Shown: in pieces, positions 10,919 through 22,539 of the stretch
Numbering within the stretch: position 1 is the stretch's first letter
Layout of the letters: the number at the start of each line of letters is the position of its first letter
DNA from: Mantamonas sphyraenae STR306
Taxonomy: Eukaryota; Protista; CRuMs
Direction of reading: 5' to 3'
DNA length: 64,000 nt
Assembly: GCA_026936335.1 (NCBI GenBank)
Contig: JAPMXV010000021.1
Coordinates: 186,001 to 250,000, forward strand
Made by a program: the position numbers and the translations under genes
Notes under the pieces: model-generated
Database searches by the model: none
Seen by the model: the letters and a program-made list of their open reading frames with translations, nothing else
Told to the model about the DNA's origin: nothing

Positions 10919-12640
10919 TTATGCCCAGTCGTACAGTTCCTCGCCCTTGTCGTTGACACAGATAAAGGCCGGGAAGTTCTCGACCTCAATGCGCCAGACA
11001 CTCTCCATGCCCAACTCGGGGTAGTCCAGCACATCCATCTTCTTGATGCAGTTCTTGGCGAGGATGGCCGCGGGTCCACCGATGGAACCGAGGTAGAAGC
11101 CACCATGCTTCTTGCAGGCACGAGTCACCTGGCGCGAGCGGTTGCCCTTGGCCAGGGTAATCATGGAGGCCTTCTCGGTCATAAACTGGTCCACGTAGCT
11201 GTCCATACGGCCTGCAGTGGTGGGTCCAAAGCTGCCGCTGGCGTAGGTGGTGCCATCGTCCTCCTTGGCTGGGGTCTTGGCTGGGCCGGCGTAGTAGATG
11301 ATGTGGTTCTTGACATAGTCGGGCAGACCCTCGCCACTCTCCAGGCGTTCGCGCAGCTTGGCGTGTGCAATGTCACGTGCCACAATCATGGTGCCAGTGA
11401 GGGACAGACGCGTCTTGACCGGATACTGGGACAGCTTGGCCAGCAGCTCGGGCATGGGCTTGTTCAGGTCCACCTGCACCACATCCGTGCTGAGCTTGTC
11501 CTCAGTCATCTCTGGCAGATACTTGGCCGGGTCCGTTTCCAACTTTTCGATAAAGACGCCGTCCTCAGTGATCTTGGCCTTGGCCTGACGGTCTGCACTG
11601 CAGCTCACACCAATGCCCACGGGACAAGAGGCGCCGTGGCGAGGCAAACGCACCACACGCACGTCGTGGCAAAAGTAGCGTCCGCCAAACTGAGCGCCGA
11701 TGCCGCTCTCGCGCGTAATCTCCATGATCTTGTCCTCCCACTCCAGGTCACGGTAGGCCTGGCCATACTCGCCTCCCACAGTGGGCAGATTGTCGTAGTA
11801 TTTGGTGCTGGCCATCTTGACGGTCTTGAGGTTCATCTCTGCAGAGGTGCCGCCGACGACCACAGCAAGGTGGTAGGGTGGGCAGGCGGCGGTGCCAACG
11901 GACTTGATCTTTTCCGCCACAAACTTGGACAGGCTGTCCGGGTTCAGCAGGGCCTTGGTCTCCTGGTAGAGGAAGGTCTTGTTGGCCGAGCCGCCGCCCT
12001 TGGCAATAAAGAGAAAGTCGTACTGGTTGCCGCGGGTGGCGTAGAGATCGATTTGCGCGGGCAGGTTGTTGCCCGTGTTTTTCTCCTCAAACATGTTGAG
12101 GGGCGTCATCTGGGAGTAGCGCAGGTTGGTGCCTGTGTACGTGTTGTACACACCCAACGAGAGGGCACTTTCGTCCGTCTGCACGTCCTGCTGTGTCCAC
12201 ACGTACTCGCCCTTCTTGCCCATGACAATGGCCGTGCCGGTGTCCTGGCATCCGGGAAGCACCATGCCCGCTGCAATGTTTGCGTTCTTCAGCAACTCCA
12301 ACGCCACAAAGCGGTCGTTGTCGCTGGCCAACGGGTCGTCGAGGATGTTGCGCAGGGACTGGAGATGCGAGGGACGCAGCAGATGGGCAATGTCCCGCAT
12401 GGCTGTCTGCGACAGCAGTGTCAGCGCCTCTGGCTGCACCTGCAAGATCTTGCGACCTGCCACCTCCACCGTCTCCACGTAGTCCTTTGTCAGCAGACGG
12501 TACTCCGTGGTCGTGTCCGGTTCCAGGTCAAACATGGGGCGGTAGGCAAACTCGGCCATTCCACGCGTGGTTGTGGCTCCCACCACGACTGACGCGGTGC
12601 TTGCCAGATGGCTCTTGGCTGTGCTTGCTCGGGAAAACAT
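10919..12640 (-). CDS. Class I (Fe-S) fumarate hydratase with mitochondrial presequence-like N-terminus
   Basis: [61 protein letters not shown] (FumA/B family). Confidence 0.96.
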   Translation of the reverse strand: MFSRASTAKSHLASTASVVVGATTTRGMAEFAYRPMFDLEPDTTTEYRLLTKDYVETVEVAGRKILQVQPEALTLLSQTAMRDIAHLLRPSHLQSLRNILDDPLASDNDRFVALELLKNANIAAGMVLPGCQDTGTAIVMGKKGEYVWTQQDVQTDESALSLGVYNTYTGTNLRYSQMTPLNMFEEKNTGNNLPAQIDLYATRGNQYDFLFIAKGGGSANKTFLYQETKALLNPDSLSKFVAEKIKSVGTAACPPYHLAVVVGGTSAEMNLKTVKMASTKYYDNLPTVGGEYGQAYRDLEWEDKIMEITRESGIGAQFGGRYFCHDVRVVRLPRHGASCPVGIGVSCSADRQAKAKITEDGVFIEKLETDPAKYLPEMTEDKLSTDVVQVDLNKPMPELLAKLSQYPVKTRLSLTGTMIVARDIAHAKLRERLESGEGLPDYVKNHIIYYAGPAKTPAKEDDGTTYASGSFGPTTAGRMDSYVDQFMTEKASMITLAKGNRSRQVTRACKKHGGFYLGSIGGPAAILAKNCIKKMDVLDYPELGMESVWRIEVENFPAFICVNDKGEELYDWA

Positions 12641-12703
12641 GGCGTGCGTTTGTTTCTCGCTTTGTTTGCGTGGGTTGTGCTGTGCGGAGGGTTTTGCCGA
12701 ATT

Positions 12704-15067
12704 TCATTCCCAAGCAAGCCATCCCATGCTCTGGCCACGCCAAAGGGTGTCTCTGTTCCCTGTACTGCTGCTGCTGCTGCTGCTGTTGCTGTGGAATGAT
12801 TCGTATCTGGGCCGTTGAAAGACTCGCGGTTGCAGAACGTCGGCGCTGAGCCAGTCGTCCGGACTGGGCCACGGCACCTTGGGCTGGTGTTGGATCTGGT
12901 CGTCGTGAAAGAGGACACACAGAGTGTGCAGGCGCATGGCTTCGACATGGTCAGCAGGCGAACAGTGGAGCGATCTGTCCTGGAGCCATACGGCGGCAGG
13001 ATGGGCCTGTCGAACAAAGTCACGTCGGGTGCGCTTCTTGCGCAATTGGATCACCTCTGGCACTGGACTTTGCGACTGTTGCAGCGCCGATGGATCCTGT
13101 TGCGGTGACTCGGGCTGTTCTCGAGGCTGTGGCTGTGGCTGTGGTTGTGGCTGTGTAACTTGGGATGAGGCTGGCTCAATGGTCATTGCTGTGGATGAAG
13201 ATGTGGTGACGACGCTGACAGATTCCTGCGCTGTCTGTGGTGGTTGTGAAGGGGTGGTGACGAGATCCAAGCAAAGGGAAGTGGATTCTTGGTCGGGTGG
13301 CTGAGGCGTGGAGACTGTGTCGTCGTGGCTGTGTGCGATGTAGCTGCAAACTCCGTCTGTGTCGATGGTCAACGGTGCATACTGAGTCAGCGCATGCACC
13401 AACCACAAAAATCGTTGTTGTTGCTGCAGAGAGGCATCGTCGTCGTCGTCGTCTTTGTCGTCGTTTGCGTCTGTGTGAACCCCCTGCAGGGTGTAATCGA
13501 GACGCGTTTGCCAATCATCGAGCATTGGCAGGCCACGCAGCTCCACTTCCTGCACCAACGGCTGCACGGGTGCGTCTGTGGGCGGAGAGACACGCGCGTG
13601 GATGTGTGTGCACAGTGCAGCCAGTCTGCGCCACAGGTACTGCCAGGCTTCGGACTCGAGGACCGGTGCGTCGACGCTGCCTTGGACGAGATCGTGCCGC
13701 TGGAGCAGCCAGACGAGCACTGTGTTGATGGCAGGCAAAAACGCAGGCGCCGCTTCGTCTGTGTCCTCTTCTTTGCTCTTGTTGTTGGTGAACGTGCTGT
13801 AGAAAATGGCCGCGCCGGTCATGAGCAGCAGCGTGGTGAGGTTTGCACTCTCCCAATCCTGGCTTTTGGCCACATGCGGCATGGAGGCGAGCAGGCATAC
13901 CAACATGCGCATTGCATGTGTGTCGTCGATGTGTCTGCACCGCAGCAGGAACCCATACTCACGCAAGAGCTCATGCAGCACCCTCTGGTGCTCGTTGACG
14001 GCAGATTCCTCATCCTCTGGCTCCTTGGTGTCGTCGTGGCTGTGCAACAGACCCAACAGGTGCACAAAGCGGGTTGTGGCTACCTGAGAGATGGCCTCGG
14101 CGTCCTCTTCTTTGTACACAAACAGGTTGGAGGTCCAGTGGAGCCGTGCGCTGCCTCCGCGTCGTCGTTTACGTCGTCCCTGCTCGGTCGCACGCACCAC
14201 AGTCCCTTCGGCATCCACTTGCAAGTCGTCGCGTTGGATGAGGGACAACGCGTGCTGGAGAAACTCTGTGCTGCGTGCGCGCTGAGCCGCTCGCGCAAAC
14301 TGGGCCTGCAGATTGGAACGCGCCGTGGCAAAGGGCACGGTGGCGCACATGGCACGCAAGTGACGGTACACCGAGTCCAACGTGTGTCCACGGTAGCTGG
14401 CAATGACGGCGAGCTGGTTGTGTGCGCGTCCGTGACTTGGCAACAGCCACGCTGCACGCTGGTAGTGTGCTTCGGCTTGGCCAAAGTCCTTGCGCTTGCT
14501 TCCACTGTGCAGTTGCATGTAGCGTGCCATGTCGCCCAGGCACACCAGTGCGTGTTGCCCCACGGTGGCGGCAGCCTGTAGCTCTTCCCGTCGCAGCGCC
14601 CACGACGCGCCGCCGTTCTGGACGTTGGCTTCGGCGGTGAGGAGGTCGGGGAGAGCATGACGGAAGCCTGCCATGCGATAACGCGTGTCCAGCCGCTCAA
14701 GAAGACGCTTGTAGGCGGCGTCACCGCGGATCAAAAACTCGCACAGCTCTTCGACAAGGCTATCCAGCTTGCCTTGCACACGCCGGCGATTGCTGCCTCG
14801 CAAAGCCTGAGAGCTGCTGCGTAGCTTGCTACGGTACCACTCAATGACTCTGTAGTGGCCATGTTTCCACACACTCTGCTCGGTTTCCCTCTGCACCGCG
14901 CCGAGCACGTCCTGCACAATCTCGTCCATGCCAGAAGCCACCGCACGCTCACACAACTCTGTGTGCGAGGAGCATCCCAGCTCCTGAAGCACCGCACGGG
15001 CCTGTGTGCCCTTTAGCGCGGGATCCACCTTGCTCAGTGCCTGCAACAACGTGTGTGCCTCGCTCAT
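12704..15067 (-). CDS. EST1/SMG5-6-7 family protein (TPR/14-3-3-like domain; no PIN domain seen, so SMG7-like)
   Basis: ALVCLGDMARY, AEAHYQRAAWLLPSHGRAHNQLAVIA, PFATARSNL. Confidence 0.85.
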   Translation of the reverse strand: MSEAHTLLQALSKVDPALKGTQARAVLQELGCSSHTELCERAVASGMDEIVQDVLGAVQRETEQSVWKHGHYRVIEWYRSKLRSSSQALRGSNRRRVQGKLDSLVEELCEFLIRGDAAYKRLLERLDTRYRMAGFRHALPDLLTAEANVQNGGASWALRREELQAAATVGQHALVCLGDMARYMQLHSGSKRKDFGQAEAHYQRAAWLLPSHGRAHNQLAVIASYRGHTLDSVYRHLRAMCATVPFATARSNLQAQFARAAQRARSTEFLQHALSLIQRDDLQVDAEGTVVRATEQGRRKRRRGGSARLHWTSNLFVYKEEDAEAISQVATTRFVHLLGLLHSHDDTKEPEDEESAVNEHQRVLHELLREYGFLLRCRHIDDTHAMRMLVCLLASMPHVAKSQDWESANLTTLLLMTGAAIFYSTFTNNKSKEEDTDEAAPAFLPAINTVLVWLLQRHDLVQGSVDAPVLESEAWQYLWRRLAALCTHIHARVSPPTDAPVQPLVQEVELRGLPMLDDWQTRLDYTLQGVHTDANDDKDDDDDDASLQQQQRFLWLVHALTQYAPLTIDTDGVCSYIAHSHDDTVSTPQPPDQESTSLCLDLVTTPSQPPQTAQESVSVVTTSSSTAMTIEPASSQVTQPQPQPQPQPREQPESPQQDPSALQQSQSPVPEVIQLRKKRTRRDFVRQAHPAAVWLQDRSLHCSPADHVEAMRLHTLCVLFHDDQIQHQPKVPWPSPDDWLSADVLQPRVFQRPRYESFHSNSSSSSSSTGNRDTLWRGQSMGWLAWE

Positions 15068-15193
15068 CGGGTGCACAACTCGTCGTCAGCTGCAGAGTGG
15101 TCAGTTGGGGGGTGTGTGAACAAGGGGGTGTGTGTTGGTTTGGTGACGTGTGCGCATGTGCACCTGCTTCACCAACCCACCCACCCACCCACC

Positions 15194-16986
15194 ATGTTTG
15201 CTCGCGCCACACGACGAACGACACTGGCTTTGCATGTCCGGCCGGCGGTGTGCGTCGCACGGTATTCTACACGCGAGCTGGACGCAGGCACGGACGAGAA
15301 TGCCGCGCGCAGGAGAGCGGCAGCGGCAGAAAGCGCGGAGGCTGCTGTGTTGGCAGAGAGCCAGCCGGCTCCGAATCTGGACTCGGGAGGAGGCGGCTTG
15401 CCACGTCCACCGACGGCAAACAAGTCGGACGATGACGTGTGGATGGACATGAAGGACATTCCCACGCCGTCGCAACTGACACGGGCTCTGGATAAGCATG
15501 TGATTGGACAGCCGGTGGGTTTCTTGCCGTGTGTGGCAGTCGTGTGTTTTCCCTCCGCGCGGTTGACAATCCCACACATGGACTGACACGGAGATGCGCG
15601 CCGCATGTGCTGCAGAGGGTCAAACGTGCACTGTCTGTGGCTGTGTACAACCACTACAAGCGTGTGATGATGGCAAACGAGGCAGCAAAGCGCCGAGCGG
15701 GCGCAGCAGCTGCGGCGGCCGAAGCTGCCGGTGGGGCACACATGAGCTTCGAGGAGTTGTGGGAGCTTGCAGAGAAGCAGCAAGCGGATGCACATGAAAA
15801 GAACAGCAGCGAGGAGAAGCAGGGCGAGGGAGGGGCGTCGTCACCGTCGTCGTCTTCGCAGGAAGAGGAAAACACGCGACGAATGCTCAGGCACCTGATG
15901 GCACAGGATCTGTCACCTGCAGCCGGGGTCGGATCCTCAGAGGGTGGGTCTGGGAATGGAAGTGACGCAGAAGGAGTGATGGAAAAGAGGCGGAGGCTGA
16001 GGCAGGAGGCAGAGGAGCTGGACGGGGTGCCTCGGTTTGACAAGTCGAACCTGCTGCTTATCGGCCCCACAGGCTCGGGCAAGACGCTGCTGGCACGCAC
16101 ACTGGCGCAACAGGTGGACGTGCCGTTTGCCATTGCCGATGCAACGACGTTGACGCAGGCGGGATACGTGGGCGACGACGTGGAGAGCGTCATTTTCAAA
16201 TTGTTGCAGAGCGCCGACTTTGACGTGCAGGCTGCCCAGCAGGGGATTGTGTACATTGACGAAATCGACAAGATTGCGCGTACGTCGTCCAATGTGTCGA
16301 TCACGCGGGACGTGAGTGGCGAGGGCGTGCAGCAATCGTTGCTGAAGATCATCGAAGGCAGCGTTGTTTCGGTGCCGGAAAAGGGTGGGCGGAAGAACCC
16401 TCGGGATAACATGATCAGCGTGGACACAAGCAACATTCTGTTTATTGTGGGCGGGGCGTTTGAAGGGATTGAGAAGCTTGTTGCGGAGCGTACCTCTGCG
16501 CGGTCGATCGGGTTTGGGGCAAACGTGCGTCGTGCAAACGTATCGGGCGTGAAGGATTCAGAGGCGTACGGGTTGCTGCAACAGGTGACGAGTGAGGACC
16601 TGGTCAACTTTGGCATCATCCCAGAGCTGGTGGGGCGGTTGCCGCTGATCACGGCGCTGCACGCGCTGAGCGAGGAGGATCTGGTGCGCATCTTGGTGGA
16701 GCCGAAGAATGCGCTGCTGGGCCAGTACCAGGCGATTTTCCGCATGAATGACGTGGAACTGGAACTGACAGAGGATGCACTGGCCGAGGTGGCGCATCTT
16801 TGTGCACGTGCAAGCAGCGGCGCACGCGGCCTGCGCTACGTGATGGAGCGCGCCCTGCTGGATCTGATGTACGAGATTCCAGATCGCAAAGACATCCAAA
16901 AGGTGGTGGTGGACGCCGATGCCATCCGCGAGGTGCGCCCGCCCAAGTTGATCCTGGTGCAGGAGGAGGAGGAAGAAGCTGCGTGA
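15194..16986 (+). CDS. CLPX: Mitochondrial ClpX AAA+ unfoldase. Exons 15194-15514, 15616-16986
   Basis: LDKHVIGQP|[16 protein letters not shown], Walker [44 protein letters not shown] loop, GARGLR; Arg-rich presequence. Confidence 0.96.
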
Positions 16987-17006
16987 GGGAAAGCGGGGGA
17001 CCAAAA

Positions 17007-19126
17007 TCATCCAAAGTCCATTCGCTTGGGTGTGAAGCCGCGCAGGTCGATGCCATCCAGTGCAATTTTGGTGGGTGATACAAAGCTGTCGTCTTGGGTG
17101 TCGGCCGGTGTGGCCGGGGAATCTGTGGTTGTGGAGGAGGAGGAGGAGGAGGATGCAGTGCCTGAAGAGGAAGAAGCCATGCTGCTGCTGCTGCTGCTGC
17201 TGCTACTGCTGGTGGTGGTGTTGGTAGTGTCGTCGACGTACACGGCGTCTGGCCTGCTCCAAACCTTGACGACACCTGCGGTGCAGGCTGTGACAAGACC
17301 GTCTTGGACAAAGCGGAGGCAGGTGAGTGGCTGCAAATGGGCCTGGATGGTAGTCATGGGCTCGAGTTGGGCGACAAATCGTCGTCCCGGGGCCTTTTGT
17401 GCGCGGGAGACGGAGATGGAGGCAAAGGAGGAGGTTGCGTTGGCGCCGGCGGTTGAGGAGGCCGTGGAGACGCCTCCTCCTGCAGACGGACTCTCTGTGG
17501 TTGCCGACGAATGGAGGCGAGGTCGCTTGAGCTGCTGCTCGGAATACTCCCAAATGCAGAGGTTTGTGTCCTGGGCGACGCTGGCAAAGCGGTAGGTACG
17601 GTTGCGAGCGTCCTGCACATTCTGCCAGTCATCAAAGGCGACGGCAGAGACCCAGGAGGAGTGGCCCGGGCAGCGTGCTACAAGTTCCATCTTTTCAAAG
17701 GACCACAATGAGACGAGGTCGTCCTCACCGCCGGTGAGGAGCATGCGGCCGTCGTGGCTCCAGGCGACACACAGGAAGGCGCCATAGTAGGAGCGGAAGG
17801 CGGCAAGGAGGACGTGGTCGACAAAGTCAAAGATGCGCAGGATGCCATCGCGACCACAGGTGGCAAGGTATTGGCCATCGGGCGAAAAGGCCATGGCTGT
17901 GACTGGCTTGTTGCTCACGTGCCATCGCTGCAACGGGTTGGATCCCTTGGTGGGGTTGTCGTACACATCGATGAGCTTGCGTGTGTTGGCGTCCAGTGGA
18001 TCTTCAAAGGACGAGTCTCCCGCATCGGTGTCGTAGAGATACAGATTGCCGTCTGCGTGAGCCACGAGCACGTGAGCCTCGGTGCCGGGCACCCAGCATG
18101 CGGCTGTGCTGCTGCTGCTGTTTACGCTTTCGCCCTTTTCATTGAGGTGTGTCTTGAAGCGTTGGTCGCGTGGCAAGTAGACGAGGATGTCGCCTGTGTC
18201 AAAGGTGATGAGCATCTCAAGCTGGTCGGCCGCCGCCCACGGTTTGAATGCAACCACGGTGGGCGTGGGACGAAAGTCCAGCGTGTCCAAATTGTTCTGT
18301 GTGCACACAACACATGGGTGGGAAGAGCGGGGGAGGAAGGCACAACGGGGACGCAGGGGCAGGGTGAGCGAGGGCGGGAAGTTTTGGTGCGTAGCGATGA
18401 AAGTCGACTTACTCTGCCGGCGTTGAAGTAGTCCACCAGAAAGATGCTCTCGCCAATGTTGTAGGCCATGTACACAATGAAGTTTGCTCGCAGGTGTGCA
18501 GTGAGTGCCGTGCCGTTGTCCTGCTCGTCGTCGTCTTCGTCGGCAGCTTGTGCAACGCGCCCTCCGGTTCCTCGGCTGCCCTTCTTGCTCAGCTTCTTGG
18601 CCGACTTTTTGCTGCTGCTCTTGCCCTTTGCACTGGCTTTGGCCGGCGAGGGCGACGCAGATCCCTTTGCGGACTCGTCGTCGCCGCTGGCTCGTTCGCA
18701 GGCGTACAGGGAAACTGTGGTGGAGCGCAACAGAATGAAGTCGATCCTATGTGGCTGCACGCCCGTCTGCTGGTACATGTCACGCAGGCGCCAGTAGCCT
18801 TCATGTGTGTAGAACTTGCGACGTGCGGCCTTGGGCGGCGTGTCCATCATGGCCCTTGTTTTTGTGCCGCGTTTGCCTGCGGAAGCCTTGCCTGCGCTTT
18901 TCGACGGCGCCCGCTCAGAGTCAGAGTCCTCCTCGCTGTCGTAGGATACGATGCGGCTTCTGCGTGTGTTGTTTGTCTGTTGCTCCAGCTGTACTTCATC
19001 TTGCATGTCATCTTGGCCGTCGTTGGAGCCGTTGGAGCCGTTGTCGATCAATTCTTCCTCGTCATCCAGCCCAGGCCCATTGTCGTCTTGGTCCTCACGC
19101 TGCCGTTGCTGACGCGAAGGGAGCAT
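17007..19126 (-). CDS. WDR20: WD40 protein of the WDR20/DMWD/CreC family. Exons 19126-18413, 18296-17007
   Basis: FYTHEGYW, FSPDGQYLA, FRSYYGAFLCVAWSHDGRMLLTGGEDDLVSLWS, GHSSWVSAVAFD, YRFASVAQDT. Confidence 0.85.
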
Positions 19127-19220
19127 TGGGGGAGGGGATGCCAAGGGGGGAGGTTGTACTGCGGATGTGTACGTGTGTTTCTCGAGCAGAGCTTGGGTTG
19201 GCGATGGCGGCGCCAACACA

Positions 19221-19887
19221 ATGAGCTTTGCGGACATCCAGGCACTTTCAGAGCTGCTTGCGTCGAGCGAGGAGGCTCAAAAGGAGCAGTCGCAGACAAA
19301 GACGGAGGAGGAGCAGACGACGCCGTCAACGGTGGCCAGCACACAGGGCTATGTGGACGACGGTGCGTTTCGGAACGTTGCGAACGCACGCGCGGTGCAG
19401 GCTCATGCATCGGCACAAGTGGGCATCACTGACATCTTTGTGTGTGTGTGTGTGTAAAGGTGCGCCTGTGGCCGGGAAGAAGGCGAGCAAGGACATCTGG
19501 GATGTGGAGGCGGACGAGGAGCAGATCGTGGACGAAGAGGAGCTGCCGCCCGAGGTGGACGATGGACGCAGGAGGGCCAAGTATGAAGTTGTGTACAAAC
19601 AAGCAGTCGGGGCGGAGGACATGTATCTGGGCATGAGTGGCAAGACGCCCGGGAGTAATTGGTGCGAGCAGATTGTTGTCAAGGTGACACTGCCCGAGAC
19701 AGAGCGGGCCAGCGAGGTGAACATTGATGTCAAGGCCAAATACCTTGCCGTGGACACAGCACAGCGCAAGGCGCGTGTGGCGCTACCCAAGCCGGTGGAC
19801 CCGGAGGGAGGCAGCGCACAGTGGGACGCCGAGAAGAAGGAGCTGCGCATCACCCTCGACGTGGTATTGCAAGAATGGGAAAAGTGA
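19221..19887 (+). CDS. DNAAF6: Dynein axonemal assembly factor 6 (PIH1D3/Twister). Exons 19221-19362, 19460-19887
   Basis: IQALSELL, KDIWD, YEVVYKQAVGAEDMYLGMSGKTPGSNWCEQIVVKVTLP and a C-terminal CS domain (LPKPVDPEGGSAQWD). Confidence 0.88.
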
Positions 19888-20062
19888 TGCGTGGGTGCAG
19901 CGTGGTGGCAGATGGTTGGTTGTGCGGCGCAAAGCAGAGCGCGAGAGTCGCAAGGCCGGTCTGATCGCAAAGCGGAATCCCGAAAGGGGGTACGCAAAGA
20001 CATGTATGCTGTCTGTTCACCCATTAGTGCGTTATTGCTCAACGAGCAGTAGTGCGGTGCCT

Positions 20063-20135
20063 CTCCCAGTGGCGAAGTGGATAACGCGTCTGACTCCTAA
20101 TCAGAAGATCGCGGGTTCGACCCCCGCCTGGGAGT
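20063..20135 (+). tRNA. trnR-CCT: tRNA-Arg (anticodon CCT)
   Basis: Acceptor stem CTCCCAG/CTGGGAG, D arm GCG-AAGTGGATAA-CGC, anticodon arm TCTGA-CTCCTAA-TCAGA, T arm GCGGG-TTCGACC-CCCGC. Confidence 0.95.
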
Positions 20136-20141
20136 GCCTTC

Positions 20142-20150
20142 TTTTTTTTT
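20142..20150 (+). terminator. RNA polymerase III oligo-T terminator
   Basis: Run of 9 T starting 7 nt after the tRNA 3' end. Confidence 0.8.
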
Positions 20151-20172
20151 CTCGTGCGTCATCAAACACAGT

Positions 20173-22430
20173 TCATTTCTTTCCCTTTTTCCCCTTCTTG
20201 CCCTTCTTTTTGTTCTTTTTGCCCTTGCCTCCGCCGGGGCTGTCGCTGTCGCCTTCAATCAGTGCCGCCAGCTCGTCGACGCTCATTTCTGCGCGTTCTT
20301 TGCGCACCTCCATCACCTCCTCGTCTTCCTTGCTCATCTCCTGTGTCTGTTTGCCCTTGCCCTGCTGCTTCTTGCTGCTCGCTCCGCTCTCGTCGTCTCC
20401 TTCCTCCCACGCCTTGACGCCTGCAAAGCCAATCGAGTTTGCGTACTCGGACCCCAAATCAATCCCCTTCTTGTCGCTGCTGTCTGCGCTGCTGCTACTG
20501 CTGCCTGCGCCGCCCCCTGTCCCTACGCCGCTCACTCCTCCGTCTCCGCTTGGTCCGTACCAGTTGTTGGTGCTCATGCCGGACGACTCCCAGCCGCCCG
20601 TCTGCGCCACCGTCGCTTCCGTCAGCGCCTCTTCAAACTCCTTCCACTGCGTGCTCGACCGCAGATAATTTGACAAATACGCGTTTGGTGCCATGCTCTG
20701 TGCCTTCAGCCGCATCAGGTTGCCCAGCAGGATGATAAACCCGCAGTTTCCGCGATCCGCCCCTTCGGCTTCGGCAAAGTGCTTTGTCATCTTGCTCATA
20801 AACTTGTACTTGGACAGCAGCGTCTTCAGGCTTGCTTCGTGGTGTTCCATCACTGCCGTGCGCACCAGCATGTAGAACCGGCTCGCGTAGATGTTGTTGC
20901 TCGGCAGCGTCAGGAACCAAGTGCTCGTCACACGCCACACTTGTGGGCTCATCATATCCAGCACCACAGCCCCGTGCTTCTGCACAAGTTGCTCCAGCAC
21001 ACACAGTGTGCTCAACCGGAACGAATTCAGCGGTTCCTTCACTTCGTATGCGCTGTACGTCACTGCATCCTCGCCAGTCGCCCCGGGGTTGTAGATCAAC
21101 ACCTCACTCAGCGCCTCACAGTGCTTCACCAACAACTCGAAAATGGTTCCACTGTGCTGCTCCAGCATGTTGGGCGCCGCCGTCGCCAGTCCGCCGGGCA
21201 TCCGCGCCGCAACAGTCAGCTTTTCCGTGCTTGTGCGCACCACCTTATCTACAATCGCCATCAGGGCGCCCTGCACTTCCTTGTTGTACACTTCCTTGGC
21301 CGTGGTGCACGCTGCGTCAGCACACGCTCCAGCCAGCCCTTGTTGACCAGCGTGGCCATCAGCGCCTCGCTGCTCGGTTGTTTTGCCAGCTGCACAAGCG
21401 CACGCATCACAAAGTCCGCCACGTCCATCGCCTGCGACGGTTCGGCACACAGACGCTCCAGCACCTGGCCGAAAAAGTCCACGTCCATGAGCTCGTTCAG
21501 CAGCGCTTCCTGCGAGAACACCGTGTCTTGTTTGCGCGGTGTGCTCTCCAGCATCTTTGTCAGCAGGTCGGCAACGGCAAACTCGTGCACCAGCGGCACA
21601 AGCTTCTCAAACAGTCTGTGCTGGCTCATGATTTTGAACACGCCGTCACGCATCTGCACAAACAGCGCATCCACCACGTTCTGGAAGTGGAACAGCATCC
21701 CACGCGCATTCACGTGCACACACGCAAACACATTCAGCACAATCTCCTCTAGGTTCTCCTCCAGAAACGAACGCATGTTGATCGTCGGCTTCGCCAGCAG
21801 CCGCTGCACATTCAGCGCCGCCTTGAGCTGCCGTCCTTCCAGCGGCTCTCTTTCTTGCACAGCCCCGCTCCCAGCCCTGCTGCGCCCATCGTCCACCAGA
21901 TGCATAAATCCTACGAATGCCTGCATGCCTGTCTCCTGCTCCAGCAGTTCCAGCATGTTCAGCTTCACCACAGGATTGTCCAGCTCCACCAGCGCTCCGA
22001 TCACTCGTGTGTGCAGCCGCAGCTTTGTCTCTACCTCCCCAAACCGTTCCAGCTCCTCCTCGCTCAACTCTGTGCTCATGCTTGCCACATCCTCTTCTCC
22101 CTCTTCGTCCCCGCCTGCACCCCGCACCGTGTCCCATCCGTTTCCCATCCCCATACACTCGTCAGTCTCTCTGTAAAGGCAATCACATGCGCCGCGACCC
22201 AGCTATCCCTCTCATGTCCACACCGTCACGCCCAAGCTCTTCGCATGCTCCCTCACACACACCCTTGCCCCGCGCACACAATGCAACTCACCCTCGATCT
22301 CGTAAAAGGCCTGTCGCGCGCGATACAGTGCCTCCAAGCGGTCTGTGGCTCGCAAAGTGCGCCCGCCCACAAAGTCAGTCGCTGCCTCCCAAGCGTGTCC
22401 CTTCACCCGCACGTCTCCCTCTCCGGCCAT
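20173..22430 (-). CDS. SAPS-domain-like protein (SIT4/PP6 regulatory subunit). Probable first exon 22430-22292, intron ending at 22171; apparent frameshifts near 22120 and 21310-21340
   Basis: PLNSFRLSTL, WFLTLPSNNIY, NCGFIILLGN and QWKEFEEAL match the SAPS pattern. Two overlapping ORFs (21261-22154 and 20173-21450) need +1 nt to join. 5' structure is uncertain. Confidence 0.65.
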
Positions 22431-22539
22431 CTCTCCCTCAACAACACCGCAGCCCTTGTGGCACACACATACCTGGTGTCAAGGTGGACATGATGCTGGG
22501 AAACACTGCGAGCGCCGCCGCAGCCCATTCATTGCCGAA

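Noticed and set aside
19195-19215. RFX X-box upstream of the ciliary gene DNAAF6 (GTTGGCGATGGCGGC)
   Set aside because: Too divergent from GTTGCCATGGCAAC to support.
19961-19990. Possible hammerhead ribozyme (CTGA...GAAA)
   Set aside because: The core reads CTGATCG rather than CUGANGA, and I could not build the three stems.
19885-20060. Selenocysteine read-through of the DNAAF6 TGA with a SECIS element
   Set aside because: The protein is complete at the TGA, and I found no AUGA/GA quartet with an apical AA loop.
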